The notes under the pieces were generated by a model. That model saw only the letters and a list, made by a program, of their open reading frames with translations. It did no database searches and was not told the origin of the DNA. Both the position numbers and the translations under genes were made by a program. This document shows positions 1-9,950 of a stretch of DNA of 64,000 nucleotides, in pieces. The DNA is from the human T2T-CHM13v2.0 reference genome, Homo sapiens, in the NCBI RefSeq assembly GCF_009914755.1, contig NC_060929.1. One strand, given 5' to 3'. Every line of letters begins with the position of its first letter. Position 1 is the stretch's first letter.

Positions 1-96
1 ACTGCTCTCTCAAAAGGAAGGTTCAACACCGTGAGTTGAAAGCACACACCACAACGCAGTTCCAGAGATTGCTTCTGTCTAGTTTGTATCTGAAGC

Positions 97-3000
97 TATT
101 TCCTTTTCCATCATAGGCCTCAAATCGCTCCAAATATCCACTTGCAAATACTACAAAAAGACTGTTTCAAAAGTTCTCTCTCAAAAGGAAGGTTCAACTC
201 TGTGAGTTGAGTGCACACTTCACAAGGCAGTTTCTGAAAATGCTTCCGTCTAGTTTTTTATTTGAAGGTATTTCCTTTTCCTTCTTCGGCCTCAAATCAC
301 TGCAAATATCCACTTGCAGATACTACAAAAAGACTGTTTCAAAACCGCTCTCTCAAAAGGAAGGTTCGACTCTGTGAGTTGAATGCACACGTTACGAAGC
401 AGTTTATGAGAATGCTTCTGTCTATTTTTCAGGTGAAGATATCACTTTTTCCAACATACGTAAAAAATTACTCGAAATGAACACTTGTAGATTCTACAAA
501 AAGTATGTTTCAACACTGCTCTATCAAAAGAAAGGTTCAATGATGTGAATTGGACACACACATCACAAAGGAGTTTCAGAGAATGCTTCTGTCTAGTGTT
601 TAAGTGACGATGTTACCTTTTCCCACATAGGCAACAAAGCGCTCCAAATGAATACTTGTGGGTTCTACAAAAAGTGTGTTTCAACACTGCTTTATCAAAA
701 GAAACTTTCGAGTCTGTGAGTTGAATGCACACATCACAACGAACTTTCTGAGAATGCTTGGGTCTACTTTTTATGTGAAGATACCCATTTCCAACGAATA
801 ACTCAAAGAGTTCCAAATATACACAGTCAGATACTGCAAAAGGAGTGTTTCATTCCTGCTCTGTCAAAAGACAGTTTCAACTATGTTACTTGAATGCACA
901 CATCTCAATGAAGTTCCTGAGGAGGCTTCTGCCTAGTTTTTTTGTGAAGATATTCCCTTTTCCACCATAGGCTTCACAGCGCTCCAAATGAAATCTTGCA
1001 GGTCCTACCAAAAGATTGATTCAAAACTGCTCTCTCAAAAGGAAGGTTCAACTGTGTGAGTTGAATGCACACATCACAAAGCAGTTCCTCAGAATGCTTC
1101 TGTCTAGTTTGTATGTGAAGATATTTCCTTTTCCATCATAGGCCTCCAATCGCTCCAAATATCCACTTGCAGATACTACAAAAATACCGTTTCAACACTG
1201 CTCTCTCCAATGGAAGGTTCAACTCTGTGAGTTGAATGCACACATCACAAAGCAGTTTCTGAGAATGCTTCTGTCTAGTCTAGTTAGAATGTGAAGATAT
1301 CCCGTTTACAACGAATTCCTCCGAGAGCTCTAAATATCTGGAAGCAGATTCTACAAAAGCAGTGCTTCAAACCTGCTCTATCAAAGGAAAGGTTCAGCTC
1401 GGGGAATTGAACACAAACATCACAAAGGAGTTTCTGAGAATGCTTCTGTCTAGTGTTTCTATGAAGATAATTCTTTTTCTACCATAGGCAACAATACGCT
1501 GCAAATGAACACTTGCAGATTTCACAAAACCTGTGTTTTAACACTGCTCTATCAAAACAAAGGTCCAAGACTGTGAGTTGACTTCACACATCACAAAGCA
1601 GTTTCTGAGAATGATTCTGTCTAGCTTTATATGTAACGATATTTTCTTTCCACCAGAGGCAACAAAGCACACGGAATGAAATCTTGCGGATTCTACAAAA
1701 AGTGTGTTTCAACACTGCTCTATCCAAAGAAAGGTTCGAGTCCGTGAGTTGAACGCACACAACAGAAAGCAGTTTCTGAGGATGCTTCTGTCTGGTTTGT
1801 ATGTGAAGTCATTTCCTTTTCCATCTAAATGGCCTCAAATGGCTAAAAGATCCACTTGCAGATACTACAAAGAGACTTTCAAAACTGCTCTCTCAAAAGG
1901 AAGGTTCAACTGTGTGAGTTGAATGCACACATCACATAGCACTTTGTGAGAATGCTTCTGTCTAGTTTGTATGTGAACAGATTCCATTTACAACGAATTC
2001 CTCAAAGAGCTCCAAATATCCACAAGCAGATTCTACAAAAGCAGTGTTTTGAAACTGCTCTATCGATAGAAAGGTTCAACTCTGTTAATTGAACACACAC
2101 ATCCTAAGGAGTTTCTGAGAAACCTTCTGTCTAGTTTTCATTTGAAGATATTTCTTTTTCCACCATAGGCAACAAAGCGCTCCAAAGGAACTCTTGCGGA
2201 TTCTACAAAAAGCATGTTTCTACACTGCTCTATCAAAAGAAAGTTTCAAGTCAGTGAGTTGAATTGCACACATCGCAGTGAACTTTCGGAAAATGCATGG
2301 GTCTACTTTTCATGTGAAGATACCCGTTTCCAACGAATTCTTCAAAGAGTTCCAAGTATCCACAAGCAGATTCTACAAAAGGAGTGCTTAAATGCTGGTC
2401 TATCTAAAGACAGATTCAACTCTGTTAGTTAAATGCACACATCTCAGTGAAGTTCCTGAGAATGCTTCTTTCTAGTTTTTATGTGAATATATCTCCTTTT
2501 CCACCATAGGCTTCAAAGCGCTCCAAATGAGAACTGGCAGATCCTCATAAAAGATGGCCTCTAAACCGCTCTATCAAAAGAATGGTTCCACTCCAAGAGG
2601 TGAATTCACATATCACGAAGAAGTTTCTGAGAATGCTTCTGTCCAATTTTTGTGTGAGGATATTCCCTTTTCCATCATAGGACTCAAGTCGCTCTAAATA
2701 TCCAATTTCAGATACTACAAAAAGACTGTTTCAAAACCGCTCTCTCAAAGGGAAGGTTCAAGTCCGTGAGTTGAATGCACACATCACAAAGCAGTTCCTG
2801 AGAATGCTTCAGTCTAGTTTGTATCTGAAGTTATTTCCTTTTCCATCATAGGCCTCAAATCGCTCCAAATATCCACTTGCAAATACTACAAAAAGACTGT
2901 TTCAAAAGTTCTCTCTCAAAAGGAAGGTTCAACTCTGTGAGTTGAGTGCACACTTCACAAGGCAGTTTCTGAAAATGCTTCCGTCTAGTTTTTTATTTGA

Positions 3001-6000
3001 AGGTATTTCCTTTTCCTTCTTCGACCTCAAATCACTGCAAATATCCACTTGCAGATACTACAAAAAGACTGTTTCAAAACCGCTCTCTCAAAAGGAAGGT
3101 TCGACTCTGTGAGTTGAATGCACACGTTACGAAGCAGTTTATGAGAATGCTTCTGTCTATTTTTCAGGTGAAGATATCACTTTTTCCAACATACGTAAAA
3201 AATTACTCGAACACTTGCAGATTCTACAAAAAGTATGTTTCAACACTGCTCTATCAAAAGAAAGGTTCAACGATGTGAATTGGACACACACATCACAAAG
3301 GAGTTTCAGAGAATGCTTCTGTCTAGTGTTTAAGTGACGATTTTACCTTTTCCCACATAGGCAACAAAGCGCTCCAAATGAATACTTGTGGGTTCTACAA
3401 AAAGTGTGTTTCAACACTGCTTTATCAAAGGAAACTTTCGAGTCTGTGAGTTGAATGCACACATCACAACGAACTTTCTGAGAATGCTTGGGTCTACTTT
3501 TTAGGTGAAGATACCCGTTTCCAACGAATAACTCAAAGAGTTCCAAATATACACAGTCAGATACTGCAAAAGGAGTGTTTCATTCCTGCTCTGTCAAAAG
3601 ACAGTTTCAACTATGTTACTTGAATGCACACATCTCAATGAAGTTCCTGAGGAGGCTTCTGCCTAGTTTTTTGTGAAGATATTCCCTTTTCCACCATAGG
3701 CTTCACAGCGCTCCAAATGAAAACTTGCAGGTCCTACCAAAAGACTGATTCAAAACTGCTCTCTCAAAAGGAAGGTTCAACTGTGTGAGTTGAATGCACA
3801 CATCACAAAGCAGTTCCTCAGAATGCTTCTGTCTAGTTTGTATGTGAAGATATTTCCTTTTCCATCATAGGCCTCCAATCGCTCCAAATATCCACTTGCA
3901 GATACTACAAAAATACCGTTTCAACACTGCTCTCTCCAATGGAAGGTTCAACTCTGTGAGTTGAAAGCACACATCACAAAGCAGTTTCTGAGAATGCTTC
4001 TGTCTAGTCTAGTTAGAATGTGAAGATATCCCGTTTACAACGAATTCCTCCGAGAGCTCTAAATATCTGGAAGCAGATTCTACAAAAGCAGTGCTTCAAA
4101 CCTGCTCTATCAAAGGAAAGGTTCAGCTCGGGGAATTGAACACAAACATCACAAAGGAGTTTCTGAGAATGCTTCTGTCTAGTGTTTCTATGAAGATAAT
4201 TCTTTTTCTACCATAGGCAACAATACGCTGCAAATGAACACTTGCAGATTTCACCAAATCTGTGTTTTAACACTGCTCTATCAAAACAAAGGTCCAAGAC
4301 TGTGAGTTGACTTCACACATCACAAAGCAGTTTCTGAGAATGATTCTGTCTAGCTTTTTATGTAACGATATTTTCTTTCCACCAGAGGCAACAAAGCACA
4401 CGGAATGAAATCTTGCGGATTCTACAAAAAGTGTGTTTCAACACTGCTCTATCCAAAGAAAGGTTCGAGTCCGTGAGTTGAACGCACACAACAGAAAGCA
4501 GTTTCTGAGGATGCTTCTGTCTGGTTTGTATGTGAAGTCATTTCCTTTTCCATCTAAATGGCCTCAAATGGCTAAAACATCCACTTGCAGATACTACAAA
4601 GAGACTTTCAAAACTGCTCTCTCAAAAGGAAGGTTCAACTGTGTGAGTTGAATGCACACATCACATAGCACTTTTTGAGAATGCTTCTGTCTAGTTTGTA
4701 TGTGAAGAGATTCCATTTACAACGAATTCCTCAAAGAGCTCCAAATATCCACAAGCAGATTCTACAAAAGCAGTGTTTTGAAACTGCTCTATCGATAGAA
4801 AGGTTCAACTCTGTTAATTGAACACACACATCCTAAGGAGTTTCTGAGAAACCTTCTGTCTAGTTTTCATTTGAAGATATTTCTTTTTCCACCATAGGCA
4901 ACAAAGCGCTCCAAAGGAACTCTTGCGGATTCTACAAAAAGCGTGTTTCTACACTGTTCTATCAAAAGAAAGTTTCAAGTCTGTGAGTTGAATTGCACAC
5001 ATCGCAGTGAACTTTCGGAAAATGCATGGGTCTACTTTTCATGTGAAGATACCCGTTTCCAACGAATTCTTCAAAGAGTTCCAAGTATCCACAAGCAGAT
5101 TCTACAAAAGGAGTGCTTAAATGCTGGTCTATCTAAAGACAGATTCAACTCTGTTAGTTAAATGCACACATCTCAGTGAAGTTCCTGAGAATGCTTCTTT
5201 CTAGTTTTTATGTGAATATATCTCCTTTTCCACCATAGGCTTCAAAGCGCTCCAAATGAGAACTGGCAGATCCTCATAAAAGATGGCCTCTAAACCGCTC
5301 TATCAAAAGAATGGTTCCACTCCAAGAGGTGAATTCACATATCACGAAGAAGTTTCTGAGAATGCTTCTGTCCAATTTTTATGTGAGGATATTCCCTTTT
5401 CCATCATATGACTCAAGTCGCTCTAAATATCCAAATTCAGATACTACAAAAAGACTGTTTCAAAACCGCTCTCTCAAAGGGAAGGTTCAAGTCCGTGAGT
5501 TGAATGCACACATCACAAAGCAGTTCCTGAGAATGCTTCTGTCTAGTTTGTATCTGAAGTTATTTCCTTTTCCATCATAGGCCTCAAATCGCTCCAAATA
5601 TCCACTTGCAAATACTACAAAAAGACTGTTTCAAAAGTTCTCTCTCAAAAGGAAGGTTCAACTCTGTGAGTTGAATGCACACATCACAAGGCAGTTTCTG
5701 AAAATGCTTCCGTCTAGTTTTTTATTTGAAGGTATTTCCTTTTCCTTCTTCGGCCTCAAATCACTGCAAATATCCTCTTGCAGACACTACAAAAAGACTG
5801 TTTCAAAACCGCTCTCTCAAAAGGAAGGTTCGACTCTGTGAGTTGAATGCACACGTTACGAAGCAGTTTCTGAGAATGCTTCTGTCTATTTTTCAGGTGA
5901 AGATATCACTTTTTCCAACATATGTAAAAAAGTACTGGAAATGAACACTTGCAGATTCTACAAAAAGTATGTTTCAACACTGCTCTATCAAAAGAAAGGT

Positions 6001-9000
6001 TCAACGATGTGAATTGAACACACACATCACAAAGGAGTTTCAGAGAATGCTTCTGTCTAGTGTTTAAGTGACGATATTACCTTTTCCCACATAGGCAACA
6101 AAGCGCTCCAAATGAATACTTGTGGGTTCTACAAAAAGTGTGTTTCAACACTGCTCTATCAAAAGAAAGTTTCAAGTCTGTGAGTTCAATGCACACATCA
6201 CAACGAACTTTCTGAGAATGCTTGGGTCTACTTTTTAGGTGAAGATACCCGTTTCCAACGAATAACTCAAAGAGTTCCAAATATACACAGTCAGATACTG
6301 CAAAAGGAGTGTTTCATTCCTGCTCTGTCAAAAGACAGTTTCAACTCTGTTAGTTGAATGCACACATCTCAGTGAAGTTCCTGAGGAGGCTTCTGCCTAT
6401 TTTTTTGTGAAGATATTCCCTTTTCCACCATGGGCTTCACAGCGCTCCAAATGAAAACTTGCAGGTCCTACCAAAAGACTGATTCAAAACTGCTCTCTCA
6501 AAAGGAAGGTTCAACTGTGTGAGTTGAATGCACACATCACAAAGCAGTTCCTCAGAATGCTTCTGTCTAGTTTGTATGTGAAGATATTTCCTTTTCCATC
6601 ATAGGCCTCCAATCGCTCCAAATATCCACTTGCAGATACTACAAAAATACCGTTTCAACACTGCTCTCTCCAATGGAAGGTTCAACTCTGTGAGTTGAAA
6701 GCACACATCACAAAGCAGTTTCTGAGAATGCTTCTGTCTAGTCTAGTTAGAATGTGAAGATATCCCGTTTACAACGAATTCCTCCGAGAGCTCTAAATAT
6801 CTGGAAGCAGATTCTACAAAAGCAGTGCTTCAAACCTGCTCTATCAAAGGAAAGGTTCAGCTCGGGGAATTGAACACAAACATCACAAAGGAGTTTCTGA
6901 GAATGCTTCTGTCTAGTGTTTCTATGAAGATAATTCTTTTTCTACCATAGGCAACAATACGCTGCAAATGAACACTTGCAGATTTCACCAAATCTGTGTT
7001 TTAACACTGCTCTATCAAAACAGAGGTCCAAGACTGTGAGTTGACTTCGCACATCACAAAGCAGTTTCTGAGAATGATTCTGTCTAGCTTTTTATGTAAC
7101 GATATTTTCTTTCCACCAGAGGCAACAAAGCACACGGAATGAAATCTTGCGGATTCTACAAAAAGTGTGTTTCAACACTGCTCTATCCAAAGAAAGGTTC
7201 GAGTCCGTGAGTTGAACGCACACAACAGAAAGCAGTTTCTGAGGATGCTTCTGTCTGGTTTGTATGTGAAGTCATTTGCTTTTCCATCTAAATGGCCTCA
7301 AATCGCTAAAACATCCACTTGCAGATACAACAAAGAGACTTTCAAAACTGCTCTCTCAAAAGGAAGGTTCAACTGTGTGAGTTGAATGCACACATCACAT
7401 AGCACTTTTTGAGAATGCTTCTGTCTAGTTTGTATGTGAACAGATTCCATTTACAATGAATTCCTCAAAGAGCTCCAAATATCCACAAGCAGATTCTACA
7501 AAAGCAGTGTTTTGAAACTGCTCTATCGATAGAAAGGTTCAACACTGTTAATTGAACACACACATCCTAAGGAGTTTCTGAGAAACCTTCTGTCTAGTTT
7601 TCATTTGAAGATATTTCTTTTTCCACCATAGGCAACAAAGCGCTCCAAAGGAACTCTTGCGGATTCTACAAAAAGCGTGTTTCTACACTGTTCTATCAAA
7701 AGAAAGTTTCAAGTCTGTGAGTTGAATTGCACACATCGCAGTGAACTTTCGGAAAATGCATGGGTCTACTTTTCATGTGAAGATACCCGTTTCCAACGAA
7801 TTCTTCAAAGAGTTCCAAGTATCCACAAGCAGATTCTACAAAAGGAGTGCTTAAATGCTGGTCTATCTAAAGACAGATTCAACTCTGTTAGTTAAATGCA
7901 CACATCTCAGTGAAGTTCCTGAGAATGCTTCTTTCTAGTTTTTATGTGAATATATCTCCTTTTCCACCATAGGCTTCAAAGCGCTCCAAATGAGAACTGG
8001 CAGATCCTCATAAAAGATGGCCTCTAAACCGCTCTATCAAAAGAATGGTTCCACTCCAAGAGGTGAATTCACATATCACGAAGAAGTTTCTGAGAATGCT
8101 TCTGTCCAATTTTTATGTGAGGATATTCCCTTTTCCATCATATGACTCAAGTCGCTCTAAATATCCAAATTCAGATACTACAAAAAGACTGTTTCAAAAC
8201 CGCTCTCTCAAAGGGAAGGTTCAAGTCCGTGAGTTGAATGCACACATCACAAAGCAGTTCCTGAGAATGCTTCTGTCTAGTTTGTATCTGAAGTTATTTC
8301 CTTTTCCATCATAGGCCTCAAATCGCTCCAAATATCCACTTGCAAATACTACAAAAAGACTGTTTCAAAAGTTCTCTCTCAAAAGGAAGGTTCAACTCTG
8401 TGAGTTGAATGCACACATCACAAGGCAGTTTCTGAAAATGCTTCCGTCTAGTTTTTTATTTGAAGGTATTTCCTTTTCCTTCTTCGGCCTCAAATCACTG
8501 CAAATATCCTCTTGCAGACACTACAAAAAGACTGTTTCAAAACCGCTCTCTCAAAAGGAAGGTTCGACTCTGTGAGTTGAATGCACACGTTACGAAGCAG
8601 TTTCTGAGAATGCTTCTGTCTATTTTTCAGGTGAAGATATCACTTTTTCCAACATACGTAAAAAAGTACTGGAAATGAACACTTGCAGATTCTACAAAAA
8701 GTATGTTTCAACACTGCTCTATCAAAAGAAAGGTTCAACGATGTGAATTGAACACACACATCACAAAGGAGTTTCAGAGAATGCTTCTGTCTAGTGTTTA
8801 AGTGACGATATTACCTTTTCCCACATAGGCAACAAAGCGCTCCAAATGAATACTTGTGGGTTCTACAACAAGTGTGTTTCAACACTGCTCTATCAAAAGA
8901 AAGTTTCAAGTCTGTGAGTTGAATGCACACATCACAACGAACTTTCTGAGAATGCTTGGGTCTACTTTTTATGTGAAGATACCCGTTTCCAACGAATAAC

Positions 9001-9950
9001 TCAAAGAGTTCCAAATATACACAGTCAGATACTGCAAAAGGAGTGTTTCATTCCTGCTCTGTCAAAAGACAGTTTCAACTCTGTTAGTTGAATGCACACA
9101 TCTCAGTGAAGTTCCTGAGGAGGCTTCTGCCTAGTTTTTTGTGAAGATATTCCCTTTTCCACCATGGGCTTCACAGCGCTCCAAATGAAAACTTGCAGGT
9201 CCTACAAAAAGACTGATTCAAAACTGCTCTCTCAAAAGGAAGGTTCAACTGTGTGAGTTGAATGCACACATCACAAAGCAGTTCCTCAGAATGCTTCTGT
9301 CTAGTTTGTATGTGAAGATATTTCCTTTTCCATCATAGGCCTCCAATCGCTCCAAATATCCACTTGCAGATACTACAAAAATACCGTTTCAACACTGCTC
9401 TCTCCAATGGAAGGTTCAACTCTGTGAGTTGAATGCACACATCACAAAGCAGTTTCTGAGAATACTTCTGTCTAGTCTAGTTAGAATGTGAAGATATCCC
9501 ATTTACAACGAATTCCTCCGAGAGCTCTAAATATCTGGAAGCAGATTCTACAAAAGCAGTGCTTCAAACCTGCTCTATCAAAGGAAAGGTTCAGCTCGGG
9601 GAATTGAACACAAACATCACAAAGGAGTTTCTGAGAATGCTTCTGTCTAGTGTTTCTATGAAGATAATTCTTTTTCTACCATAGGCAACAATACGCTGCA
9701 AATGAACACTTGCAGATTTCACCAAATCTGTGTTTTAACACTGCTCTATCAAAACAGAGGTCCAAGACTGTGAGTTGACTTCACACATCACAGAGCAGTT
9801 TCTGAGAATGATTCTGTCTAGCTTTTTATGTAACGATATTTTCTTTCCACCAGAGGCAACAAAGCACACGGAATGAAATCTTGCGGATTCTACAAAAAGT
9901 GTGTTTCAACACTGCTCTATCCAAAGAAAGGTTCGAGTCCGTGAGTTGAA
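97..9950 (-). repeat. HOR haplotype layer A (copies 1-3 and first part of copy 4): most divergent and heterogeneous copies
   Basis: Diagnostic alleles AAATGGCCTC, CACCAGAGGC, CATCGCAGTGAAC, AAGATGGCC, TATCTGAAG and TTTCAAAAGTT. It contains the only indels in the window. Confidence 0.85.
1274..1283. repeat. Fixed 5-bp tandem duplication TCTAG-TCTAG, giving one long (~176-bp) monomer in every HOR copy
   Basis: TCTGTCTAGTCTAGTTAGAATGTGAAG here versus TCTGTCTAGTTTGTATGTGAAG in sister monomers. It is present in all 23 copies covering this position. Confidence 0.9.

Noticed and set aside
2057-2070. Short palindrome CTATCGATAG (ClaI site) once per HOR as a hairpin, terminator or cruciform signal
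   Set aside because: It is only ~10 bp, expected by chance from point changes in CTATCAAAAG, and is lost in copy 23. It is useful only as a single-cut restriction marker.
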